A stretch of 62,396 bases of DNA, the filler included. It is 14 parts of 14 records of this genome, joined end to end, with 100 filler letters (N's around TTAATTAATTAA, not from the genome) between each part and the next. Parts side by side here need not be neighbours in the genome. Positions count along the whole stretch, not along the records: positions 46,328 to 51,182 come from SRR7504441_11865; positions 51,283 to 54,462 come from SRR7504441_11869; positions 54,563 to 57,928 come from SRR7504441_11889; positions 58,029 to 62,396 come from SRR7504441_11898; 10 more parts are not named here. One strand, written 5' to 3'. Below are positions 47,580 to 58,143 of this stretch, piece after piece; position 1 is the stretch's first letter, and every line of letters begins with the position of its first letter. Both the position numbers and the translations under genes were made by a program. The notes under the pieces are model-generated. The model saw nothing but the letters and a program-made list of their open reading frames with translations, was not told the origin of the DNA and ran no database searches.

Positions 47580-49724
47580 CTAGAATTGGACGGCTGTGCC
47601 CACCCCCGGCACCCTCCCGGACTCATCGGCCTCGAGTCTCTCAAGCCACGACCTGACCGAACTCACCTGCTGCTGCATTGCCGTCGCGCCCTGCAACTGC
47701 ATCGCTGCAAATTGCTCGGCCGTGCTCTTCATCTGCTCTCGGCACTCGGCCAGCTCATCCTCCAGCTCCGATTTCTGGCTCAACAGGGCCCTAGTCTCCT
47801 CCTTCTCAGCCGCCAGACTTTGCGCAGACTGCTCCATCTGACCCTCCAACCAGTGCCTGCGCTCCGCCTCCAGCCCAAGTTCGGTCTCGAGTTGCATCGT
47901 CCGTTTAAGCTGGTCGACCATGCTCTTACTGGGCGAGCGCGCCAGCGCCTCTTCAGCGCTCTCGGCCCGTTCCTGCAGGGCCTTGATCTCTGCTTCTGTC
48001 AGCGTCTGCTCGAGTACCCGGAGCTCCATCCGGTGCTTCCTCTCAGCTTCGAGTCCGAGCTCAGCTTCAAGCAGTTTGATCCGTTGCGTGAGCCTGTCCA
48101 CTGTACTCTTACTGGGCGACTGCGCCAGCTCCTCCTCCAGCTTCCGGTTCTCCTGCTGCAACCTGTGGCTGCCAGCGTCCGGCCCGGCGCCAAACTTAAT
48201 GCTCAACGGCCGGCCTGCCGCCGCAATCGCCGCGAGCACCTTCTCTTGGGTCTGGCCGAGCACCCACTGGCCTGCTACCTCTACCACCGTGCTCCCTTGC
48301 AGCCGCAACGGCACCTCCTTGTTGGTCACGCCGGCCACCACCACCCTGTGCTTGCCCCCTTCCAGCCGCTGCTCCAGCTGTAGGCCTAGCTTGCCCTCGG
48401 CCGTCCAAGTGAACAGCTCCAGCTGCGAGTCACTCGAAAGCAACTCCTCCAGGTACGACAACCGCTCGGCGTCCGCCTGATTCAGCCCCGCGTTAGCAAA
48501 CAAATCGGCCTCCACTTGCCCAAGCCGCTCGGCCGCCGCCGCTGCCTCCGCTTGAGCTGCTTCCAGCTCAGTCTGCAGCTGCTGTCGGGCAGCTTGTTCA
48601 CTCTCAAGCAGAGCTTGCTGCCTGGCCTCGGAGTGACCCAGCCGGACCTCCCACTCGCCGATCTTGCGCTTCTCGATCTCAAGCTTACTCGCCCAGGCCT
48701 GCTCGCTCCACTCAGCTGCCTCCACCGCCTCGGCAAGTTGAGCCGCAAGCCGGTCGCCCCGCGTGTTCTCACAACCCCTCTCCACTGTGCAATCGGTCGC
48801 ACTCCCCTGGCTCTCGACCGCAGCCCCGCCTCCCGACGCCAGCAGCCTCTGGGCCTGCGCGAGTTCGAATTCGATTTTCTCGAGCCGGCCGCTCTTCTCC
48901 GATAGCCCGTCCTCGCTGGCCGCAAGCTTGGCCTCAAGCTGCTGCCTGATCTCCATCTCCGCCGCCAGCGCCGCCTGCGACTGGCCCAGCTGCACCCTGC
49001 ACCGCTCCAGCTCGGCCAGCGCGTCTGGGACACATCTGAGCGCGTCGCGCAGCTTGCTCTCCAGCTCGCACCGTGCAGACTCGGCCGCCGCCGCTTCCTG
49101 CTCCGCCTGCACAAGCTGGGCCCGACACCGGTCGAGCTCAGTCTCCGCCAGGCCCAGCACGGCCCGCTCGGTCTGCTGCCAGGCCTCCTGGCCGGACTGG
49201 CCGGGCGAAGACCAGCTGATCCTATCCAGATGCGCCCTAGTAACCGGCGAGAGCTGGCCAGCCGCCCGGCCTCCCGCCGGCTCCGGGAAGCTCACACTGG
49301 GCGGCGACCGGCTCACCGAGGTGCTCGCGCCCCGGCTGGCCGAGAGCGACTGGTGGGCACGCTCCTCGGCCCGGGCCTCCGGTCGGTGCGGGGACGGCAG
49401 GGTCCGCCGGGGCGCCGCGGGGCCGTCCATCGATGGTCGGGGCTCCCCGGGCCCTGCTGGGAAGCCGCCGGGGAGGGACCGGCCCCGTGATTCGGCAGGC
49501 TGGCGTCGGGCGGGCAGCCGGCTGGGGAGCGAGCCTGTGGAGCCGGGGCTGCTAGCCGGCTCACGGGCCTCCGAGGCGGAGCGCGGAGGTTGGCGCGGGA
49601 GCGCGGGGGCCGGCAGGTGGGGCTGGCCGCTGAACCACCCGGGTGTCGGCTGGTCAGGCGCCGGCTGAGGCTGTTGCTTCTGCTCAAACCAGTCTGACGA
49701 TCTGCCTGAGGAAGCTTCAGCCAT
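47580..49724 (-). CDS. Coiled-coil protein with a central PDZ-like domain
   Basis: 714 aa. PDZ-like segment [30 protein letters not shown] and a duplicated [13 protein letters not shown] module. Confidence 0.75.
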   Translation of the reverse strand: MAEASSGRSSDWFEQKQQPQPAPDQPTPGWFSGQPHLPAPALPRQPPRSASEAREPASSPGSTGSLPSRLPARRQPAESRGRSLPGGFPAGPGEPRPSMDGPAAPRRTLPSPHRPEARAEERAHQSLSASRGASTSVSRSPPSVSFPEPAGGRAAGQLSPVTRAHLDRISWSSPGQSGQEAWQQTERAVLGLAETELDRCRAQLVQAEQEAAAAESARCELESKLRDALRCVPDALAELERCRVQLGQSQAALAAEMEIRQQLEAKLAASEDGLSEKSGRLEKIEFELAQAQRLLASGGGAAVESQGSATDCTVERGCENTRGDRLAAQLAEAVEAAEWSEQAWASKLEIEKRKIGEWEVRLGHSEARQQALLESEQAARQQLQTELEAAQAEAAAAAERLGQVEADLFANAGLNQADAERLSYLEELLSSDSQLELFTWTAEGKLGLQLEQRLEGGKHRVVVAGVTNKEVPLRLQGSTVVEVAGQWVLGQTQEKVLAAIAAAGRPLSIKFGAGPDAGSHRLQQENRKLEEELAQSPSKSTVDRLTQRIKLLEAELGLEAERKHRMELRVLEQTLTEAEIKALQERAESAEEALARSPSKSMVDQLKRTMQLETELGLEAERRHWLEGQMEQSAQSLAAEKEETRALLSQKSELEDELAECREQMKSTAEQFAAMQLQGATAMQQQVSSVRSWLERLEADESGRVPGVGTAVQF

Positions 49725-49762
49725 CTTCAGTTTTTCTTGTTTTTTGCAGCTGACTGCAGAAG

Positions 49763-50962
49763 ATGAAGCCGAAGGGGACGGTGTCTGGGCTTGTGAAGGC
49801 GGCTGCAGCCGAGTTCAGCCGGCTGGGGGTGCCGGAGCCAACGCTGTCGGCCGAGCACTTGATGACCGCCGCGGCTGGGCTGCGGTGCCGCCCAGGCCGA
49901 CGGCCAGCAGCCGGGCCAGGCGGCGAGGCGAGCTGGCCCAGGACCGACCGGCCGGCCCGGGGCTGCAGGCCCGGTTCGCGGGGCTGTGCCGGCGGCGGGC
50001 GGCCCGGGAGCCGGTGCAGTACATCCTGGGCGAGTGGGACTTCAGGGGGCTCACGCTGACCGTCCGCCGGCCTGTGCTGATCCCGAGGTGGCCCGGCCGG
50101 CCGGCGAGCATTCAGCCGGGAGCCAGGCCCGAGACTGAGCAGCTCGTGGAGATGGTGCGCTCGGACTGCTGTGGCCGGATGCCAGCCTCGTCGGTAGGTG
50201 CTCCGGAGCTGTAGCAGGCGCAGCAAGCGGCGATATAGGTATACAGACCGCCGATCGGTGGGCGCGCTGAGCTTGTACTGAAGGTTTCTAGACGTGGGCA
50301 GCGGCACCGGCGCGGTGGGTCTCGCCTTGTTGGACGAGCTACCCGCCGGCAGCCAGTGCGTGGCGATCGACAGCTGTCCTGAGGCCGGCACCGGTTGCTG
50401 CACCGCTGAGTGGTGTGGCAGGCAGCTGAGCTCTCCCAAGAAAACGCTGTCAGAGTAGGGCTGAGCGAGCAGTGAGCCTGTCCGCCGCCCGCCCGCGAGC
50501 CCGGCGACAGGTACACGGTCCGGCTTTGCGGGCTGGAGCAGCTCTCAGACCAGACCGGATTCGACTTTATTGTGAGCAATCCGCCTTACATTCCGGCCCC
50601 GATGATGAGCAGGCTCCAGCCCGAGGTAACCCAGCACCGCCGCAGCGCGAGCCGTCCCAGGTGAGTCAGTATGAGGCCCGGTCGGCGCTATGCGGCGGCC
50701 CGGACGGATTGGACGTTGTGCGAGCGGTCGGCCCCGAGCCGGCGGTGTGCTGAGCCTGGGCTAGTTGATCGGCCGGGCTCCGGGGTTGCTGAAAGGAGGA
50801 TGTGGCTCGCTTTGGATGGAAGTGGACTCGACCCATCCACCGATTATTCGGGCTGAAGCGGAGGAGCGGGGGAATCGGGATTACGTGTGTGCGGAGATCG
50901 CCGAGGATTTTAACGAGAGACTTCGGTTCTGTGAGTTGCGCTTCGGGGCCGGGCTAGATTAG
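49763..50962 (+). CDS. HEMK1: Release-factor glutamine methyltransferase HemK/PrmC, 8 introns
   Basis: Removing introns 49885-49919, 50088-50126, 50155-50197, 50239-50283, 50384-50421 (GC-AG), 50472-50510, 50626-50660 and 50727-50764 gives [33 protein letters not shown] and [10 protein letters not shown]. Confidence 0.93.
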
Positions 50963-51045
50963 TTTGAACATGACTATCTTATTGAATCGCAAACTCTGAA
51001 ACAGAGCCGATGCATTCTTACTATTTTGTTGTGTGTCGCGCTGCT

Positions 51046-51182
51046 CACATGAAGAGCCTGCCCTGGCAAACGGCCATGAACTCGTCCAGGTCGATTTCCC
51101 CATTCTGGTCTACATCTGTCAATTCAATCAGCCTCTTGACCTGCCCCCCCCTGTTGGTTCGCTGCCCCACCATGCAGCCAGA
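51046..51182 (-). CDS. 3' end of an EF-hand protein
   Basis: Frame is open from the contig edge: LIELTDVDQNGEIDLDEFMAVCQGRLFM*. Confidence 0.65.
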
Positions 51183-51477
51183 NNNNNNNNNNNNNNNNNN
51201 NNNNNNNNNNNNNNNNNNNNNNNNNNTTAATTAATTAANNNNNNNNNNNNNNNNNNNNNNNNNNNNNNNNNNNNNNNNNNNNGCAGCAACCTGCACGTTG
51301 GGGGATCGACGGGCCGCCTCCTCCAGGAGGCCTTGCACCGTAACACAGTACAACACCGTGCCCAACGCATCACCCTGCTGAACCCCGCTCTCAGAGAGCA
51401 GCTCGACCACTTTATTTTATTTTAAATTATTAATATATTAGTACGTTAGTACACGTAGTACGTTGCAGTATCTCCTG

Positions 51478-54351
51478 ATGGCGTCTGACTGGGTAGTTGT
51501 CTACGTGGGAGGAGTGGCCTACCGGAACACGCCCAAGTTTACCGATCGGGTTGTCCTGTCCCGCGGTCCGGAATACGGCGACGAGCTCCGAGCCATATCA
51601 CCGGTGCAGAACGGGGTGGATGATGCAGTGATCTGGATCCAGACTAAGAAGGGCTGGCTGCCCATACGCAACACGGCTGGGGTGGAGGTGCTCCGCAACA
51701 AGGCTCAGATGACCCCGGCTGATTTCGATACCATCAATCGCGAGAAGCAATCCCAGCAGGAGGAGGACGACTTGCCCTCGGCGGCTGGCGGGGCGATCCG
51801 TCGAGAGGACCTGTGGCTGAGTGCGCTGCAGAACCAGGCCGAGGTCGTACAGCTCGAGAACATAGCGCTGGTGGTGGCCTCCGGTGGGTCTGTGTGCGCG
51901 GTGCAGCATACTGGAGAGATTTTGTGGACGAGTTCCGAGTTTAAGGGCGGCAAATGCGTGCGTGCCCCTCGCTGGCCCGCTCATGCAGGGCAGGTGGCGC
52001 TCATGTCTCGTGCCCCGATCCTCGGAGGCATAAAGGCTGTATACGCTGCGGCGCATGGTGTGCTGCTCGCAATTTCTGCCACCGATGGCAGGTATGCTTG
52101 CACGGTTGGCTGGGCCGCAACTGAGGTAGGGTCATCTGGCGCCGCTCACCATTGGTGGAGCTATACAAGGGGCCGTGCACGCTTGCAATGGACTTTGCCG
52201 GCGAGCGGATCTTTTGCGCGTCGCAGGTGCATTTTGGCTTTCTGTTGAGCTAGATTGGACGCAGGGCCGGGTGATGGGTATCTGCTCTAACACCGGCCGC
52301 TCCCTCTGGTCCTCCGATCTTCCTGGGACTGGCTATGACGTAGTCACCCTCCTCGCCACAAAGCTGCATGGTCTCAAAGACTCTGTGCCTGCCCCACGTC
52401 GCGCCAGCTGTGAGCGCAATCTGTTCAGGAGCAGCTGTTTTGTGCCTCGCGCGGCAGAGTGCTGTGCTTCAGCGGAGTCAAGGTGAGCTCGACCCTGCAG
52501 CTCTGACCCAATCGGGGCCGCGGCAGGGCAAGATACGATGGGACACGCCGATAAAGCTCTCAATCAAGTCATACGCTTGTCTGGCAATTCATGAAGACGC
52601 AGTGCAGGTCCTGCCCAGCCCTGTGCATTGTGAGCTGGCAGCAGAATCGATCGCGGTTGCTTTTCTCGATTCATGGTCGGATTGGAGCCCTTGACACTGT
52701 AGACGGTCGAATTATCTGGGAAATTCGCGCGCCCAAGCTCTCGCAGCATTACACCACCGCCCCATTCATTGTGGACCAAGACATCGCTGTGTATGCAGTT
52801 GCTGGAATGGCTTTGGCTGTCCAGGCAAAAACCGGGCAAGGGGTGTGGGAAACAGATCTGTTCAACTCAGAAAGACTCTCTTGTGAGCAGAGCGCTATTT
52901 GCTACGATAGGAACAAATCGTTGGTATATATAGCTACTTGTCAGCATGTTGTTGCATTAGACATCGCAAGAGGGACTGTTAGATGGTCTGTGTTCATTGA
53001 GCAAATGCGCACAACACAACCATCCTTATACTTGGCATTTGACGATCTGTTGTATATCGGCGGTAATGGTCAGGTTAGATGTATCGACAGTTTGAGTGGT
53101 CTGTTGGCAAAGGGGTTCAATCCTGCATTGCCCTACGAGATGAAAGACACGCTGACGCTGACTCATCCGACCCAAGGGAATCTGGACCATAACACAAGCC
53201 CAGTGCAGCAAGCGTGGGCAATCTGTGCTCAACTTCCTGAATGCCGAGTGAGTGGCCTGCCTGACAGCTCAGGACGCTTAACTCATTTCACCAAAGAAGC
53301 AGACCAGTCAGCTCCAGGCAAATTGGTGGTATCAAACCAGTCGAGGCTTGAATTTGATCAGGAGAGTGCTCATAGAGACCAGTCCGAGATGCGATTCAAG
53401 GCAGAGGCTGCATTCAGTAAGCGCTCGGTGCCGGCGGGAGTGGTTGCAGAAACAACCACGGAGCGGACTGGAGCGACAGCTGCCGATGAGGATGACGACT
53501 TTAGTGATGACGATATTCTATACCAGGTCCCGTCAAAGAAGATGTGGAGTCCACCAGCTAATGAGATATCACCAGTTGCCACCTGTACAGAACAAAGAAT
53601 CAGGGGTAGCGATTCCAGCGACGAGTGCAATGCCGACTGCTTTGCTCACGAGCCCAAGACTTGGGGCAAAAGGACAGGATTACCTGAAAGTGATGATGAT
53701 GTCTTGTCTCCTACGCCAGTCGAAAGCGTTGCAGAGTGGCATGATTCATCAGATGCAGAAGATGATCCATTCGCAAAGCCATTGCCAAATACTGGCAACT
53801 CATCAAAGGGGAAGAGTAAGATACCTGCAGAGCAGCCCAATGAGGTCGCTAAGTGTGACATGGAAACGGACCTGGTGGCACTCATGTGTATTGAATCTGC
53901 GCATCAACCAGATCAATTGTTGGTTGGAACTGGACCAGCTCCTCCGGCTACCAAGCCAAAGCCCGCCAAACCTGCTCCTGATCTGCAGAATGGTGATGAC
54001 GATTTGTTGGCTTTCGCCACATCATGCTTATCAGATATGTCACAGCTTACGGCCCCGACGAGCGATCAATTCAACAAGCTGCAAACCCACCAGCAGGCTT
54101 TTTCAGCAGCTGGACAAGGTGTGATGGGCGCAACAGACCGGTCTTCTTCACCACCAGTGTATCCGCCAACTCCATACCAAAGCATGATGATGCAAACTGC
54201 TGGCACAAACCCCTTTCAGCAAAAGACACCACAAAACACAACAAACCCATTCAACAATAGCTTTAGTCAACGAGCTCCAACAGTGGCTCAGAACGTTGCT
54301 AGGTCGGGTTTGGCACCATGCACCCCGCGTTATGGAGCCAATCAGATGTAA
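51478..54351 (+). CDS. SH3b-like + PQQ-type beta-propeller protein with a disordered NPF/DPF tail, multi-exon
   Basis: GVAYR..GWLP at the N-terminus, repeated A[LI]D..xG..xW blades, and DPF plus two NPF motifs at the C-terminus. Confidence 0.65.
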
Positions 54352-54562
54352 TCACTTATATGACCAATATTGATCACCTCCAGTGGTATGTATTGCAATA
54401 CCGTGGCCGTGGAGTCTAGATCCTGGGGAGAGTATCCCTTAAAGGCCTGAGTTCCGGAATTTNNNNNNNNNNNNNNNNNNNNNNNNNNNNNNNNNNNNNN
54501 NNNNNNTTAATTAATTAANNNNNNNNNNNNNNNNNNNNNNNNNNNNNNNNNNNNNNNNNNNN

Positions 54563-55090
54563 CAGGAGACCGCGGACATCCAGGCCTACACCGACAAGAA
54601 CCAGGAGCGACTCGAGGCGCTCAGGCGGCACACGCTCGACCAGAAGCGGGAGCTGCTTAAGCTCCGAGTCGAACTGCTCTCCCTCGAGCCCCAGCTGCCG
54701 GCATCCCCGGCAGAACCCACAAAGCCCGCGCTGCAAGCCCGGAGGCGGCGCGGGGTGCCCAGGGCCGGGCTGGTGGCTGAGGCGGCTACCTTGCACGGGG
54801 CGGTATCACGGCAGGGCTTGAGCTCTGTGCGCACCACTGCGGGTAGGGGGGTGCAATCGGCCCGCCCGCGCCGGCCTGCTGCCGAACAGACCAGGCGATG
54901 GGTGGTGCCCGAGCAGGCGGCTGGCCGTGCGACTGAGGAGCCACCCGAGCCTAAATTAAGGAGGCGGCCGGCCACTGGGCTGACGAGACAAAAGCCTAGG
55001 GCAGCGCTTGCCAGGTCGACAGGCCCAGATCCGGAGGGGACGATGACACTAGATCAGCAATTTAGGCGGATGAGTGGCACGGTGCTATGA
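54563..55090 (+). CDS. 3' part of an unknown coiled-coil / low-complexity protein
   Basis: Frame is open from the contig edge to the TGA at 55090. Confidence 0.5.
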   Translation, partial: QETADIQAYTDKNQERLEALRRHTLDQKRELLKLRVELLSLEPQLPASPAEPTKPALQARRRRGVPRAGLVAEAATLHGAVSRQGLSSVRTTAGRGVQSARPRRPAAEQTRRWVVPEQAAGRATEEPPEPKLRRRPATGLTRQKPRAALARSTGPDPEGTMTLDQQFRRMSGTVL

Positions 55091-55132
55091 CAAGCTTCTC
55101 TTATTCACACATCTATGTAGACAAAACTGCTG

Positions 55133-55800
55133 CTACTCTCTAATTATACATCTATGTAGACAAAAATGCATCACGTTGGCGCGGAGCCCGCATCTCTCGG
55201 TCGTCTCGATCTCGAGCTCTTTGTGTTGGACCGTTAAAATGCGTGCCAGCGCATCTATTGTCACGCGGGGCTGTGCGTGCTTGGCTCACAGCGCGATCTC
55301 CCGGGAAAATCCTTCGCAAAAGTGATTGCTCCCCCCACCTGTTGAGCCGGCCTCCCGCTGCGCCGCCTTGTCCACCAGCTCCAGCCTGGCCGCCGCGATC
55401 TCGGGCTCGTCATGCGCCACGATCTCGGCCATCTGCGGATCGGTCAGCTTTGTCAGGTAGTGCTCCAACAGGTCGAGCTCCTCCCCGTGACACAGCTCGA
55501 ACGAGTGCCGCCCGCGGTAACCGTACAGCCTACATACACTCAAGGGACGGAGGCCGGGCCCACTCACCGCGGGGCCAGCTGCACCTCGATCCCCGGGCAG
55601 CCTACAATCTGATCGAGCGACACGCCTGGGCTCACGGCCAGGTCCACGTGGCAGAACTGGACCTCGACGAATCGGTCCGCCAGCACCGCGTACCGGTCCA
55701 TCAGCTCGCTGTCGTACGATCCGCTGTAGAAGAGAGCCACGCGCGGCCCATCGCTCCGGGCCCACTGCGCGTACTCTGCAGGGCTGCCGATCGCCAGCAT
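55133..55800 (-). CDS. Thioredoxin-fold-like protein without CxxC, multi-exon
   Basis: VALFYS..YAVLADRFVEVQFCHVD pattern and three short GT-AG introns. The 3' end is uncertain. Confidence 0.45.
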
Positions 55801-55894
55801 TGTTGTCAACCTGTGTGTCCGGTCAGCCGGGGGTGTTGCCAAAGGGCGGAGGCTCACCGCGGTGCTGCGGGATTACCAACGGACTTTTCGCTTC

Positions 55895-56995
55895 ATGTTG
55901 CAAAGCGCTGTGATAGTTGGGTTGGTTGCGGCGGTAGCGGCGGGGCTCCCGGCGCTGCCCTCGCTCAACATCGACCCGGACGGAATCTCAATATCGGGGC
56001 TCTCGTCAGGCGCCGACTTTGCCGCGCAATTCAGTGTGGCCTTTTCAAGGAGCATCATGGGGGTCGGCGTCTTCGCTGGGGAGCCTTGGCACTGCCAGGC
56101 CCAACGGTTCGCCCGAGACCCGGTCGTGCCCTACAATGGTACTGGTGCGTGCACCACCCAGCAGTGCGATGGGTGCGCCGCCAACGAGAGTGTCCGTTGC
56201 GACCACTGCAAAGCGTACCCGGATGTTGTGGACGTCAGAGTGCTGGCCGAGGCGGCGCGCAGAATGGCAGCCCAGGGGCTGATCGACGACGTACGGTACC
56301 TCGCGCGCACCCGGGCCTACACCTATTGCGGCACTCTGGACCAGGGCCACTACGGGGCAACTGTGCGTGCCCGGGACTTCTATGCCCAGTTTAACGCCAG
56401 CAACATTAAGTTCAATTTCACAATTCCATCCGGTCATTGCTGGCCGGTTGCCAGCCACACTCCAGTGCCGTGTGGCGGCGGCAAGATCCTCCCGAAGCTG
56501 CTCTCGGCGTTTCCGTTGCAGAACTGTGGGTATGACGGTCCAGGCGAGTTACTCAACCATGTGTATGGACCACTCAACCCGCCCTCTCCAATGAAGGATC
56601 GCAACCTGCGCTGGTTCGACCAGGGGCCGTACAACCGGAATAACTCGGCCCAAGTCGGGCTGGGCCCGGCCGGGATGGTCTATGTGCCCGACTCGTGTGC
56701 GGCGGGGGCCAAGTGCACGCTGCATGTGTCGATGCACGGATGCACAAACCCTATGCTCCTGGAAGTGCCCGAAGCCAAGCGGCTGAGCTTCAACCGATGG
56801 GCCGAGTCGAACGCTATGGTGGTGCTCTGGCCACATGAGGTGAGCCACGGCAAGAAGAACAACCACAATAGCGGTTACTCTGGATGTTGGGATGGCTACA
56901 ATCAGACCCCAGACTATGATACCAAAAAAGGGCCGCAGATGCAAGCTATCGCTGCCATGATCGAGACGCTGTCCGGCATCAAGATGGGCCGGTGA
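55895..56995 (+). CDS. phaZ: Secreted poly(3-hydroxybutyrate) depolymerase-like esterase
   Basis: Signal peptide, N-terminal lipase box ISGLSSGA, GVGVFAG, GTLD, SGH, CGYDG, YVP..C..LHVSMHGC, NRWAE..VLWP and GCWD. No intron is needed. Confidence 0.85.
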   Translation: MLQSAVIVGLVAAVAAGLPALPSLNIDPDGISISGLSSGADFAAQFSVAFSRSIMGVGVFAGEPWHCQAQRFARDPVVPYNGTGACTTQQCDGCAANESVRCDHCKAYPDVVDVRVLAEAARRMAAQGLIDDVRYLARTRAYTYCGTLDQGHYGATVRARDFYAQFNASNIKFNFTIPSGHCWPVASHTPVPCGGGKILPKLLSAFPLQNCGYDGPGELLNHVYGPLNPPSPMKDRNLRWFDQGPYNRNNSAQVGLGPAGMVYVPDSCAAGAKCTLHVSMHGCTNPMLLEVPEAKRLSFNRWAESNAMVVLWPHEVSHGKKNNHNSGYSGCWDGYNQTPDYDTKKGPQMQAIAAMIETLSGIKMGR

Positions 56996-57274
56996 AAGTA
57001 TAATAATGGCATGACGATGTTTATATTGTGCTCGCACGATACTAGCACAATGTTCATTATTAAAGTTATGTAAGAATTCATCATTGCTCTGCGAGGTTGG
57101 CCCGGTCGCCATCCATGGATGGATGATGGATGGGGTGGCAGATTTTGTACTCTTGTACTCACTTGCGTACTTGGAGCCAACCTATTTAAGCATAGGGCTT
57201 TAGAGTATGATTGCAGGCATGGTTGGGAGGGGAGGATTTGAAAAATGCGCGCGAGCCGAGGGTAGGGGCGGCTG

Positions 57275-57928
57275 ATGGAGAGCGTTCCGGCGGGACGCCC
57301 GCCGGAGCAGGAGCTGCAGCAGGCTGGGCTAGAGTGCGAGGAGCCAGACTTCAAGTTCCAGGTGGGTACCTGCGACAAGGTGCGGAGGAAGAAGAAGGCC
57401 AGCCCGGTGGAGCTGGACTGGTCGGAGCTGCCGATTGATCCGGTTGAATCGGAGGAGGAGGACGGCTGGGAGACTGCGGACTCAGAGGCACAAGACAGGC
57501 ATGTTCTGTTGGAACAGGAGCGGGAGAGGCTCTCGCGGCTGCCCAGATCCCGCAGGAGGCCGCTGTCGGGCTACATGCGCTTCATCAAAGCGCGCCGTCT
57601 GCGGGCGCCACCGATGAGCGTTACAGCGTTTGCACGGGAGACTGGCGAGCTGTGGAAACAGCTTACGAAGGAGGAGAAGGAGGAGTACAAGCAGCTTGCG
57701 GTGGAGGAGTACAAGCAACTTGCGGTGGAGATGGGGGAGGAGCAGGTGGACTGGGATGCAGAGGAGAGAAGGGTGAGTCTTCGCGATGTGGAGGCTGATG
57801 ACATCGTTCCACTACGCTTGCAAAGTGACTGGGATTCATACGAAGAGTTTGTGCGAGATGAGGAAAGCTCTGACGAAGAGGACTCATGTCAAAGATTCGT
57901 GATTTCAAACGCGGCCACGGTCCGCGAT
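57275..57928 (+). CDS. HMG-box protein, 3'-truncated
   Basis: RRPLSGYMRF..GELWKQLTKEEKEEY, with a 24-bp tandem duplication (EEYKQLAV x2) at 57679-57726. Confidence 0.8.
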
Positions 57929-58143
57929 NNNNNNNNNNNNNNNNNNNNNNNNNNNNNNNNNNNNNNNNNNNNTTAATTAATTAANNNNNNNNNNNNNNNN
58001 NNNNNNNNNNNNNNNNNNNNNNNNNNNNACTTAATTTTAATTCCAAACACTATCCAAACACAAGTAGGTATTATATTTGCATCCTTGAAGAACCCTCTGC
58101 TCCTTGGTTAAGATAGCTCTGATTGTATACAAGATCCAGTGCC

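Noticed and set aside
49744-50962. Apparent frameshifts and in-frame stops suggesting recoding, a variant genetic code or mass pseudogenisation
   Set aside because: All are resolved by short GT/GC-AG introns that restore conserved motifs. TAA, TAG and TGA all terminate genes normally in this window.
55109-55165. Repeat-spacer-repeat ACATCTATGTAGACAAAA resembling a mini CRISPR array
   Set aside because: Only two 18-bp copies, in a eukaryotic 3' region with no cas genes. A local duplication is the simpler explanation.
57679-57726. 24-bp tandem duplication in HMG-box helix 3
   Set aside because: A simple in-frame slippage duplication with one synonymous difference. No evidence of special function.
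3292-58028. Thirteen identical N-flanked TTAATTAATTAA elements as a biological repeat, and gene clusters spanning them (e.g. two START genes, several EF-hand genes)
   Set aside because: These are assembly or concatenation linkers with stops in six frames. Contigs on either side need not be neighbours.
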